Below are positions 22,254-33,339 of a stretch of DNA of 40,190 nucleotides, piece by piece. Each line of letters begins with the position of its first letter. Positions within the stretch are counted from its first letter, which is position 1. The notes under the pieces are model-generated. The model made no database searches and was not told the DNA's origin. It saw nothing but the letters and a program-made list of their open reading frames with translations. A program made the position numbers and the translations under genes. Where the stretch lies: assembly GCF_004010195.1 (NCBI RefSeq), contig NC_057720.1, positions 14,091,943 through 14,132,132 on the forward strand, in the 5' to 3' direction. The stretch comes from Chiloscyllium plagiosum (taxonomy: Eukaryota).

Positions 22254-23306
22254 ATTGAATTGAATTGAGTTTATTGTCATGCGTACCGAGGCACAGTGAA
22301 AAGCTTTGTCTTGTGAGCAATACAGGCAGATCACAGAGTTAAGTAGCATAGATAGTAAATAATAGGTAAACAGCGGCAAAAACAAAAACACAGGTACAGG
22401 CGAATGTTACGAATTTGCGAGTCCATTCAGTATTCTAACAATAATAGGGTAAAAACTGTTACAAAACCGTCTGGCGCATGTGTTCAGGCTTCTGTATATT
22501 CTGCCCAATGGTAGAGGTTGTAGAAAAACATTGCCAGGATGGGATGGATCTTTGAGAATGATTAGATTACTTACAGTGTAGAAACAGGCCCTTCCACACT
22601 GACCCTCCGAAGAGCAACCCACCTAGACCCATTCCCCTACATCTAACACTACGGGCAATTTAGCAAGGCCAATTCACCTAACCTGCACATCTTTGGACTG
22701 TGGGAGGAAACCAGTGCAGACACAGGGAGAATGTGCAAACTCCACACAGACAGTTGCCCGAGGCGGGAATTGAACCAAGGTCTCTGTGCACTGTGAGGCA
22801 GCAGTGCTAACCACTGTGCCACTGTGCCACAATGCTGGCAGCCTTCCCTTGACAGCAGGCCTGGTAGATGGATTCTATAGATGGGAGGTTGGCCTCTGTG
22901 ATTGTCCAGGTCGAGTTCACCACTCTCTGTAACCGTCTCTGATCTGAATGGTACAGTTGCCTTACCAGGTGGGGATACATCCAGACAGATGCTCTCGATG
23001 GTGCACCTATAAAAGTTGGCAAGGGTATTCGCCATCATGTCACATTTCCTCAGCTGCCTGATGAAGAAGAGACGTTGTTGGGCCTTTGTAACCAGTGCAT
23101 CCATATGATGAGTCCAAGAAAACTTCTTGTGGATGACCACTCCCAGGAGTTTGACGCTCTCCACTCGTTCCACCTCGGTGCTGTTAATGTGTAGGGGGAC
23201 ATGAGTAACTTCCTGTCGAAAATCAATAATGAGTCCCTTGGTTTTGCTGGCATTGAGAGCTAGGTTGTTCTCAGAGCACCATTTTTCCAGGTCTTCCACC
23301 TCCCGT
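22254..23306 (-). mobile_element. Rex1/Babar LINE 3' fragment interrupted by an HE1 SINE
   Basis: WCSENNLALNASKTKGLIIDFR...VERVESVKLLGV...KAQQRLFFIRQLRK...NFYRCTIESI, with AATAAA and (caatt)n tail. Confidence 0.92.
22561..22830 (-). mobile_element. HE1-type V-SINE nested in Rex1
   Basis: V-core and A/B boxes. AATG is present on both sides. Confidence 0.9.
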
Positions 23307-23349
23307 GCATATGGACAATTTGGAATGATAGTGCACTACATATTGTTTC

Positions 23350-23722
23350 CTTTTAAGGGATATGGGCATCACTGGCAAAGTCAATATTTATTGCCTATCC
23401 CTTATTTTCCTTGAATTGAGTAACTTGTTAGGACATTTCAGGGAGTCAACTGCACAATCCTGTGGGCCTGAGTCACATGCAGGCCAGACTGAGTAAAGGT
23501 GACAGATTGCTTTCTCTAAGGGACATTAGTGAACCAGATCCATATTTACGATAATCAACAGTGGTTACAGAGGCACCATTAGACTAGCTGCTAATTCCAT
23601 GTTTTCCTGAAATCATATTTCACCATCTGCCCACATTGAGATTCAAACGCACACCCCAGGAGACTAATCTGGGATCCTGGATTACTAGTCCAGTGACATT
23701 CCCACTATACCACCAGCTCCAC
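23350..23722 (-). mobile_element. Old tRNA-derived SINE
   Basis: Reverse complement of the family at 17100-17440 (ggacattagtgaaccagat, ctggattactagtccagtgacat). Confidence 0.7.
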
Positions 23723-23781
23723 ATTATTTGGGAATATATCCCTTTCTAAACTAAAAATTATTTTAATCACTTCAATTTCAC

Positions 23782-23921
23782 TTTTTTGAGGTTAAATAAA
23801 AGTACAAAAGACTTACAAGTGTTCATTTCTTTTAACAATTGAAAACATTGTAAAAGTTTATAAATAGAACATATCATGGACGGAACCAGCTTATGATAAA
23901 TGTCTCCACTCATGAGGCCAT
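23782..23921 (-). repeat. Right arm of the 140-bp inverted duplication
   Basis: Reverse complement of 21480-21619. Confidence 0.92.
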
Positions 23922-24105
23922 TCCTAATTATTATTCTTCCATCCCAATTTGCTGTTAACCAATTTATTGACCTTCTTTCTGGTTGATGTGACTTAGACAA
24001 TTAGGGTTACATTCAATGAAATGCAGCCAAACAAAAATATTTCTGCCTAACACCAGCCATATTTTGACCATTTCCTGAACCCCTCCTAATCACTCATACA
24101 CTGGA

Positions 24106-24381
24106 GCCTCACAGTACCAGGGTCCCAGGTTCGATTCCTGACTCGGGCGACTGACTGTGTGGAGTTTGCACATTTTCCCTGTGTCTGCGTGGGTTTCCTC
24201 CAGGTGCTCCGGTTTCCTCCCACAATCCAAAGATGTGCAGGGTCAGGTGAATTGGCCGTGCTAAATTGCCCATAGTGTTAGGTGCATTAGTTAGAGGGAA
24301 ATGGAACTGGGTGGGTTACTCGTCGGTGTGGACTGGTTGGGCCGAAGGGCCTGTTTCCATGCTGTAGGAAATACTCTACTA
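24106..24381 (+). mobile_element. HE1-type V-SINE, 5' truncated
   Basis: B box GGTTCGATTCC, V-core and tail. Confidence 0.9.
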
Positions 24382-24399
24382 AAGGAAACCAGCTAGTGA

Positions 24400-24830
24400 A
24401 GGACTCTCAATGAGTCCTGTGCTGTTGGGAAGGGAGCTCCAGGACTTTGACCCACTGCAGTGAAAGAACAACAATATAGTTACAAGTCAGAATGGGGTGT
24501 TGTTTGGAAGGAAACTTGCTGCTGCCCATGATATCGGCCATCTGTTGCCCTCGTCTTTCCAAATGTATGAAATTGCTATCATAAGGTACGTGTTGAGTTG
24601 CTGCAGTGTATCGTGTCGCACGCTGCTGCCACTATGGACAAAGTGAATGGTAAAAGTAAAAGATGGGATACCAATCAAGTGGCTGTTTTGTCTTGGATGG
24701 TGTCAAGCTTCTTCAGTATTGTTGGTGCTGCACTCATTCAGGCAAATGGGGAGTATTCCATCCCACTCTTAACTTGTACCTTGTAGCTGGTGGACAGGCT
24801 TTAGAGAGTCAGGAGGTGAGTCACTCACTG
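24400..24830 (-). mobile_element. Old non-LTR LINE (CR1/L2 group) fragment
   Basis: Homologous to 15545-15945 and 31540-31990. Confidence 0.6.
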
Positions 24831-25238
24831 CATGGCCATGGTTGTAACCAAAGTATGCAGCCTAAAACTAAGAAGCAAGTAAATCAGGGAGCAGAAGAGG
24901 AAAACATTTTTTTTTTAATGCAATTTTTTATGAATTGTAATGTAATAGATGGTAGATGCAGATTTAATAGTAACCTACAGAGGGGAGTTGAATATAAACT
25001 TGCAAAGGAAAGACATACAGAGCTAAATGGAAAGAGTTAGAGTCAGAGAATCATAGAGATGTACAGAAACAAACTCTTCAGTCCAACTCGTCCATGCTGA
25101 CCAGATATCCTAAATTAATCTAGTCCCATTTGCCAGCACTTGGCCCATATCCCTCTCAATCCTTCCTGTTCATATACCCAGTTGAAACTTTATTGCTGGA
25201 ACAGCACAGCAGGTCAGGCAGCATCCAGGGAACAGGAG

Positions 25239-25274
25239 ATTCGACGTTTCGGGCACAGGCCCTTCTTCAGGAAT
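25239..25274 (-). ncRNA. Minimal type I hammerhead ribozyme motif, intact
   Basis: Minus strand ATTC-CTGAAGA-A-GGGC CTGT GCCC-GAAACGTC-GAAT, with perfect stems I and II. Confidence 0.85.
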
Positions 25275-25541
25275 GAGCAGAGAGTGTTCAGCAGGAGAAG
25301 ATAAAAGGTAGGGAGGAGGGACTTGGAGGAGGGGCGTTGGAAATGTGATAGGTGGAAAGAGGTCAAGGTGAGGGTGATAGGTCGGAGTAGGATGGAGGCG
25401 GAGAGGTCAACAAGAAGACTGCAGGTCAGGAAGGCGACGTGGTCGACGGTGCCCTCCACCGCATCTCCTCCACTTCCAACTCCCCTCCTCCAAGTCCCTC
25501 CTCCCTACCTTTTATCTTCTCCTGCTGAACACTCTCTGCTC

Positions 25542-25577
25542 ATTCCTGAAGAAGGGCATGTGCCCGAAACGTCGAAT
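25542..25577 (+). ncRNA. Minimal type I hammerhead ribozyme motif, intact
   Basis: ATTC-CTGAAGA-A-GGGC ATGT GCCC-GAAACGTC-GAAT, with perfect stems I and II. Confidence 0.85.
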
Positions 25578-28009
25578 CTTCTGTTCCCTAGATGCTGCCT
25601 GACCTGCTGTGCTGTTCGCGCACGTGTTGCACCTCCTGCGGTTGCAAGGGAAGGTGTCGGGAGTGGTGGTTGGGTCGGTGGGGGGTGTGGATCTGACAGG
25701 GGAGTCGCGGAGGGAGTGGTCTCTACGGAAAGCTGATAGGGGTGGGGAGGGAAATATATCCTTGGTGCTGGGGTCTGTTTGGAGGTGGCGGAAGTGACGG
25801 CGGATGATGCGCTGTACATGGAGATTGGTGGGGTGGTAGGTGAGGACCAGTGGGGTTCTGTCCTGGTGGCGGTTGGAGGGGCGGGGCTCAAGGGCGGAGG
25901 AGCGGGAAGTGGAGGAGATGCGGTAGAGGGCACCGTCGACCACGTCGGGGGGGAAATTGCGGTCCTTGAAGAAGGAGGCCATCTGTGTTGTACGTATTTT
26001 GAACTGATCCTCCTGGGAGCAGATGCGGCGGAGACGAAGGAATTGGGAGAATGGGATGGCGTTTTTACAGGGGGCAGGATGGGAGGAGGTGTAGTCCTGT
26101 TCATATACCCAACCAAATACTTTTTTTAATGTTGTAATTGTACGAGCCTTCACCACTTCCTCTGGCAGCTCATGCCATACATGTACCACCCTCTGTGTGA
26201 AAAGGTTGCTCCTTAGGTCCCTTTTATATCTTTCCACTCTCACTCTAAGCCTATATCCTCTAGTGCTTGACACCCCCACCCCAGGGAAAAGACCTTGTCT
26301 ATTTACCCTATCCATGCCCCTCATGATTTAATAAACCTCTACAAGGTCACCCCTCAGCCCCCGACGCTTCAGGGAAAACAGCCCCAGCCTGTCCAGCCTC
26401 TCCCTGTAACTCAAATCCTCCAATCCTGGCAACATCCTTGTAAATCTTTTCTGAACCCTTTCAAGTTTCACAACATCCTTCCTACAGGAGGGAGACCAGA
26501 ATTGAACACCATGGGACTAATTGGATAGCTCTTAGAAATAGCTGGCCAAGGACAGGATGGGCTAAATGGCATTCTTCTATGCTGTATGATTCAATGAGAG
26601 GCGCATTTATCTTCATAAGTTGTGACGGTCCATAAGTCTGTTTGATGCAAGCAGACAGGAATGTTGGCAGCATCTTGGTGCTTGAAAGAGCCTCAGAGGT
26701 CAAAGACCAAAGTATCCAAGTGTACGCGACGCTGCCGAAAGTTCCCCGGGACCCCTCAGGCTTGAACGTCGAAACATTTTATCATAAAAGAATCAATAAT
26801 TCCAATTTACACTTCCTGGTGTGGTGTCTCCTTTGTCAGTGCTATAATATACTGTGGCGGATATCAATTAAGCCTTAGAGATTGTATTAGACTGAATTAT
26901 TCTACCCCATGAATAGTTGCTGGCAAATTTAACAGCACATCAAAGTCTTTTCTCAATTTCAGAATTCAGTGAATTCTCATGGAGAAAATTGCCTGAGACT
27001 CTTCTGTCCTTCAAAGTGAGCTCCCTACAGCTTGTTATAACTGGACCTTCTTGAAAAGAATCTGTATCGAACAATTCTACTCTTGCACGTAATTGTTTGG
27101 AATGAATCAAGGTCTTTTACAATTACAATTATTTTAGACTTGTGAGGCTTGAAACAAAATATTCTATGCCCGGTGTTGATAAAAGGATTAGCCTATGCCA
27201 ACACTCTTGAAGACAGATGGAGGTTAATATTCATCAAATTTTCCATTCGTCAGAAATTTTGCCAGCCCACTGAAACAACAAGGTTTCAGTTTTTCTTCCT
27301 CTCTACCAAATACATCGATTGCTGTTCGCTGCTCTGATATCCAGACCAATTTTGTTTCAGTTCCTGCATCAGCAATCTATGGACATGTGGAGTTTGAGAG
27401 TAGCCAGTACATCATTTGCTGTCCCAAGAATGCCATATGGTTTTGTTATGATTCATGGATTCGGGACCTCAATCCCATTCTATCCTTAGGCACTGTAAAC
27501 GCTGATAAATCTATTTCTGGGCATCTGTCTCACTGCAGTAAACACAGGGACCAATTATTGATGGCATTGAAGGCAATGTCCTCGGCAAAAAGAAACTCAA
27601 AATATCAACAAAGCTTACCTGCAACATTCTCCTCTCCTGAGTGTCAACTGAAATCTGCAGAAAAGTCTAAATGCAAAATTAATCTTTCGTACGCCTGCAT
27701 TGCTTTGTGCTCAAAGTTGCAATTTTGTGAGTGATATCATTTGAGATGACATTGCTGAATGGCGAAATCTCCTCTTCTGTGCTCGGTTAAAAAGATTATC
27801 TCATTTACACAATCTCTCTGCTAGACATGTTTATAAATTTCAAACAAAAAATTTCTATCCGCATAGTTTTTGCTGCTTCCTCGGAAATAATTATCTCAAA
27901 GCCAAACACAAAAGAATCCGTCGTGAATGGAAAAACGATTTTTCAGAATTCATTTTTGGAATGTGGGTACGTAAAGGCCAGTCATTTCATGGTCCATTCT
28001 CGTTGCCAT

Positions 28010-28245
28010 AGCAGTTTGATACAACTGAATGGCTTGCTGGGCAACTTCAGAGTGAGCCAGGTGGCATTTTACAACAAACTGGCAGCTTCACCACCACTTA
28101 ATGATACTTATGTACAGATTTTTTGAAATGAATTTGAATTCTCCAATTACTAATGTGGGATTTGAATTTGCTGTCAACAACCCAAAATTCCAGGCCTCAA
28201 GGATTACTTGTTTCGTAACATAACCACTGCACAAACATACCCATG
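28010..28245 (-). mobile_element. Old tRNA-derived SINE relic
   Basis: gtgggatttgaa (B box, minus) and ggattacttg...aacataaccactgcac head. Confidence 0.5.
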
Positions 28246-28384
28246 AGTACAGATTAAATTAAAATTAGATCGCATGCATTGGTGAAATAAGCTTTTTAAA
28301 AAAATATGTAATAAATAGATATTGATTGGTACTTAAGTGTTTTGCCACTAAGCTGTTCAGCTGTATCGTCCCCTGTCCCAGTTG

Positions 28385-28705
28385 ATAAAACAATCTCTTT
28401 TGAATCACAAGGTCCCATGTTTAAGACCTCCTTCAGAGCTTGAGTGTTAAATGGCAAAGTTGTGCTCCAAGTGTTGTACCAAAGATGTGCTGCACTATCA
28501 TGGGTTTCTTCTTCTGGATGCAATGTTAATCTAAGGCCCTATCTACCCAGCCCAATAGGTGCATGAGATCCCATGCCACAGTTGTAAAGAAAGGGAGGGA
28601 GCTCTCCCCGTTGTCTTGGGCCAATATTTGCCCCTTAGTTAATGTCACAGACCAGATTATCAGGTCAATTATCACGTTGTTGTTTGCAGGTTTCTGCTGT
28701 GTGAG
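28385..28705 (+). mobile_element. Deu-domain SINE (SacSINE1/AmnSINE1-like)
   Basis: gtgctgcact...agatcccatgccac...ctctccccgttgtcttgggccaatatttgcccct...cagattatcaggtcaattatcac matches the Deu core as recalled. Confidence 0.7.
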
Positions 28706-29282
28706 CTACACGTCAGCCTGAATGCATTGCAAGAGGGTGGCAGGAGCCTAGTTCAGATGGTTTAGAGTGTCGTGTGAGAAACATCAGCTTTATAGGGATC
28801 TTGTGACACGGTGGTAGTGTCCCGACCTCAGACCCAGAAGATTGCTTGAGATAGTAAGTTCAAACACCACCTGCCCTGTAGGTATGAATTGGCATGTCTG
28901 TCGATTAAAAGATCAATTTTTACTTGTTGCTGGCCATGAGGTACTTTGAAAATTGTAGTGGTACTGCAGGAGGTATTTTCTTCTATTGAGTCTTCCTTCT
29001 GGTCTTTAAGGGTCTGTCCTTCTCTAATCAATGCAGTCAGCCTCCTCTTATCTCCATTACCCAACATTACCACTGCCACCCAGGACTGACTGTATGGGGA
29101 CCACTAGATCAATTCTTCAGTTGGGTGAGCTGCCTACTGAAGGTGCAGCCAACACTGGATAATTGACACAATTATGTTTCATTAAATTGCCGTACAGGAT
29201 GTGAGTGTCTCTGGATAGGCCTCTGGATAGACCATTATTTATCACCCATCCCTAATTGCCCAGAGGTCAGCTAAGAGTCAAC

Positions 29283-29520
29283 CATTTTTCATGCAAAGGT
29301 TGGTGCTTGTATGGAATGAGCTGCCAGAGGAAACAGTGGAGGTGGGTACAATTACAATATTTAAAAGGCATCTGGATGGGTATATAAATAGGAAGGGCTT
29401 AGAGGGATATAGGCCAAGTGCTGGCAAATGGGACTAGATTTATTTTGGATATCTGGTCGGCATGGATGGGTTGGACTGAAGGGTCTGTTTCCATTCTGCA
29501 CATCTCTATGACTCTATGAC
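29283..29520 (+). mobile_element. CR1 3' tail nested in an old minus-strand SINE (about 29195-29640)
   Basis: gtatggaatgagctgccagagg...ctctatgactctatgac. Host sequence agagtcaacc / acactgctgt resumes on both sides. Confidence 0.85.
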
Positions 29521-30177
29521 ACACTGCTGTAGATCTGAAGATCATGTAAGGATGACAGATTTCCCTTCTTTAAAGGACATCAGTGAATCTAGATTTTTTT
29601 TCCCCTAACAATCAACAGTGGTCATCAATTAGACCCTTGTGGAGAGAATCCTTACATGAAACTTGCCAAAATTAACACAACCTGATTTCCAGTAAAATAC
29701 AGTAAAATTATACAACACCTTTTTATGAACAGGATTCTTCAATGAGCAGCGATGTACATTTAACATATAGTCATTGCAATGAATGGAATAGTAAAATTCA
29801 TCCAAAAACCTTCACTGTATAAAGTGACATTCCTACTGTAGTAATCCCAATTACCCGGCAACATCCTGGTAAATCTCTTCTGACCCCTCTCCAGCTTAAT
29901 GATATCCTTCCTGCAATTGGGCAACCAGGACTCAACACTATCTCATGGCATCATATTCACTGTTCTCTATGACCAGCAGATTGAAACCAGGCCCCTACTA
30001 AGGGTGGGAAATCCGATTCTCAGAGGAACAATGATAAAGGAAAGAGTCTGGGAATGAAAAAGGACAACTTCTAGGATGTTAATTTTCAAGTTATTATTCC
30101 TCTGTGACAAACTCCTACAAATTTCAGCTTGGTCTGAAGAAAAGCCACATTAAAACCTCAATTCTATTTACTTCTGA

Positions 30178-30240
30178 ACAGATGCTACCAGACCTGTTGA
30201 GTTTCTCCAGCAGTCTCTCCTTTTATTTCAGATTTTCAGT
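30178..30240 (+). mobile_element. Old PLE tail fragment
   Basis: acagatgctaccagacctgttgagtttctccagca...tttcagattttcag, matching 8860-8900. Confidence 0.6.
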
Positions 30241-30552
30241 TTGCCTAGTCCCTTGTAACAATACATTGTGTTTCCAATGGAGAGCTTAATGCACCTTGCT
30301 TCCTGTGGAAATGGGTCTCATCATAATCCAATCAAATTCTAGAGGAGGCATGAGAGGCTGAATGGCTGACACAAATTCCTAATGTCCCTGTGTTTAAATG
30401 AACAATAGGAATGAGCCCAAGGTTGATTAAGAGTCCAATGACCATTGAATGCTATGCCTAATACTGAGTACATGTACAACACACCAACTGAACAAACATT
30501 AAATTAATGGTGATGATTATGAGTATAAAAATCTAACAGTCTTTTTGTCTAA

Positions 30553-31410
30553 ATAGCAATAGATTGGGAAATGGGAAGGTGCAATCAGACCGGGTGTCCT
30601 TGTATACCAGCTACTGGAAGAAGCAGTTATAACAGATGTGTAGAAGGTAAATGGTATGTGCATCTTCATTGCGAGAGGATTCAAGTATAGGAGCAGGAAT
30701 ATCATGATGCAATTGTACAGGGACTTGGTGAGTCCACACTTGACCTGAAAATGAGAATAGCATCCAGGTACACAATGAAGGATTGGAAATTAAGGTCACC
30801 TAAAGCTTTGTTCATCACACACCTTTTGTAGGCACCGCCTCACCTCTTGATTCCCTAAACCAACCATAACAAAGTCAGCAGTGTGATGGAAACTGCTGCT
30901 TTTGTTTTTGCAGGAGTTGTCACAGAGGATCACAAAACTGTGTGCCATTTTGGTCTCCTTATCTGAGGAAATATGTTCTGGCAATGGAAGAATTGCAATA
31001 AAATTTTACCAGACTGATTCCTGGGGTGACAAGGCTGACAAGGCTGACATATGAAGAGGGATTGGATTGGTTAGGACTATATTCAATGGAGTTTAGAAGA
31101 ACGAAGAGGGAATTTCAAGGAAACTTATAAAATTCTAACAGAACACAATGGGGTAAACACAGGAAGCATGTTGCCAATGATTAGAGAATCCAGAACCAGG
31201 GATCGAGAATAGGGGTAGGCCATTTAGAATTGAGATGAGAAGAAATTTCTTCACCCAGAGAGTGGTGAGCCTGTGCCACCAAATATTGAAAGTGGGGAGA
31301 AAGTGGGTACAGGGCACTGAGATGGATGATCAGCCATGATCATATTGAATAGTGGAGCAGGCTCATGCGGTCGAATGGCCTACTCCTGCTCCTATATTCT
31401 ATGTTCCTTC
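30553..31410 (+). mobile_element. Old CR1 3' fragment with about 195 bp intervening (30746-30940)
   Basis: gtacagggacttggtgagtccacact, resuming at gtgtgccattttggtctccttatct, through the tail gaatggcctactcctgctcctat. Confidence 0.75.
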
Positions 31411-31539
31411 AGATTTGTAACACTGGCAACCAAAGTTGTCACTCACCTGCAACACATTAACTTCTATTTGCAGATGCCATTACCTCACACGGACCTCAGG
31501 GAAATAAAAATGACAGAGAATATTTTACAGAGAATTTTG

Positions 31540-31990
31540 CTGGCAACATCCATATTTATTGGTCATGCCCTACTTGCCCTTCAGAAGATGGAGGTGAGCT
31601 ACCTTCCAGATCTGCTGATATCCATATGGTCCAGGTACATCACAGTGGGATGAAGTTCCAGTTTTTAACACAGTTTGTAGGAATAGTGTTATATTTTCTC
31701 TCAGGATGGTGTGAGGTTCAGAGAGGAATATGCGAATAATGTTGTTCCCATGCATCTGCTGTCTTTGTCCTTCCAGATGGTAGAGGTGCAGTCGAAGAAG
31801 CCTTGGTGGCATTTGCTTCAATGAACCTGTTGGATAGTACACACTCTGCTGTGACTCTGTGCTCGAAACAGAGTAAATGAATGTTTAAGGTGGTGGATGA
31901 GGTGCCAAATGAATGGCAGTTTAATGAGTGTTGAAAGCACACATGAGTTTCTCATCACTCTCCTGACGTTATTATACAGTTGATTTAGGG
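31540..31990 (-). mobile_element. Old non-LTR LINE (CR1/L2 group) 3' fragment
   Basis: Homologous to 15545-15945. Confidence 0.65.
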
Positions 31991-32189
31991 GAAGCAAGAG
32001 GTGAGGCGATGGCTGCAGAACATGTGTGATGAGCAAACCCTTAGGTGACCTTAATTTCCAGTCCTTCCTCATGTACCGAGATGATATTCTCATTTTCAGT
32101 TCAAGATATCTTGCAAGACTAGATATCATCTGAGCTTGGTTGTTGCAGTTTAACTGTTAAAAGGTAACCCAAAGATATGCCAACTTTTT

Positions 32190-32287
32190 CAGAGCCGAAG
32201 AGTATGGTGCTGGAAAGGTACAGCCGGTCAGGCAGCATCTAAGGAGCATGTGAGTCGATGTTTCGGCAAAAGCCCTTCATCACATTC
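32190..32287 (-). mobile_element. PLE terminal-repeat fragment with degenerate hammerhead
   Basis: Minus strand gTGATGA-A-GGGCTTTTGCC-GAAACATC-gactc followed by atgctgcctgacc tail. C3 is lost and the palindrome is broken. Confidence 0.8.
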
Positions 32288-32899
32288 AGACCAAAATACA
32301 GTACCGTGGGAACTTCCTTACTAAGGAAGGCATGCTCCTGTAATGGAGGAAATGCAATAGTGTAAATAATCCAACTGTACTCCACATGACTGTCTGCAGA
32401 CCTTGCCTCCTGAGAGGAAACTAACTTGGCCTGAGTACCAGCTGAGGCTGGTCTATGATTATAATCACACCCCACATTCATCCATGGGCTATTCTCCACA
32501 TCATCACTTCCTGGGAGCAGACCCAATCCTTCCTGTGGACCACCTCCTGTGAGCTGACCACACTTTCTAATGGGGATGGCTAGGTCAATGAGTAGAGTGT
32601 TAAGCACACCACCTGAAGTTAAGCCAGGTGTTCAAGAGAGACTGTGAGTCGCGAACACAGTCCAGTCCATCACACAAACCAGCCTTCCATCTATTGACTC
32701 CATCTATACGTCCCACTGCCTCGGGAAAGCAATTACCATAATCAAAGATCCCTCCCATCCCGGTTATATCTTCTTCAACCCTTTTCCATCGGACAGAAGA
32801 TATAATGATTTGTATACATGTACGAACTAATTTAAGGTCAGCTTCTTTGCCCCTGTTATCAGACTTTTGAATGGACCTCTCAAATATTAGACCTCTCAA

Positions 32900-33200
32900 T
32901 AGCCAGAGACTATTTCCCAGGGCAGAAATGGCTTGCACGAGTGGTCATAGTTTTAAGCTGGTTGGAGGAAAGTATAAAGGGGATGTCAGAGGCGGGTTCT
33001 TTACACAGAGAGTTGTGAGAGCATGGAATGCGTTGCCAGCAGCAGTTGTGGAAGCAAGGTCATTGGGGACATTTAAGAGACTGCTGGACATGCACATGGT
33101 TACAGAAATTTGAGGGTACATACATGAGGATCAGTGGTCGGCACAACATCGTGGGCTGAAGGGCCTGTTCTCTGCTGTACTGTTCCATGTTCTATGTTCT
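32900..33200 (+). mobile_element. CR1 3' fragment
   Basis: GFFTQRVVRAWNALP and (tgttcta)n tail. Confidence 0.88.
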
Positions 33201-33339
33201 ATATTCATTCTGATCTCTCTCTCTGCACCTTCTCTCCGGCTGTAACACTGTGCTCTGTACTCTGTTCTGCTATCCTGATATACTTTGTGATGATGGTACA
33301 ATCTGGCTATGTAGCACACAAAGCAATACTTTTCAATCA

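Larger units (their letters stand above)
25181..26094 (-). mobile_element. Rearranged Penelope-like element, 914 bp, with 17-bp TSD
   Basis: Minus ORF piece YTSSHPAPCKNAIPFSQFLRLRRICS...TPLVLTYHP...FRRDHSLRD...FPCNRRRCNTC. Two terminal-repeat copies in opposite orientation. TCCTGTTCATATACCCA at 25164-25180 and 26095-26111. Confidence 0.93.
25041..26508 (-). mobile_element. CR1 (HER1-like) 3' fragment split by a PLE insertion
   Basis: Tail at 25041-25180. ORF2 end at 26095-26508 (NLFTQRVVHVWHELPE). Confidence 0.92.

Noticed and set aside
22649..23299. 216-aa ORF as a host gene
   Set aside because: It is the Rex1 RT C-terminus reading through a frameshift into an HE1 SINE.
23811..23930. Exon within the right inverted arm (donor CTT|GTAAGT, phase-compatible with the 16955 candidate)
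   Set aside because: The acceptor is poor, the composition is intron-like and AT-rich, and the peptide is unrecognisable.
25512..26324. 270-aa ORF as a novel fusion protein
   Set aside because: It is a chance in-frame chimera of a CR1 tail, a PLE ORF piece and an inverted repeat across insertion junctions.
29211..29232. Small tandem duplications (ctctggatag twice; tgacaaggc repeats near 31027)
   Set aside because: These are ordinary slippage events inside old repeats.
31441..31510. Minus-strand donor CAG|GTGAGT with an upstream pyrimidine tract
   Set aside because: The acceptor is a weak GAG and all three frames are closed. At most a non-coding exon.
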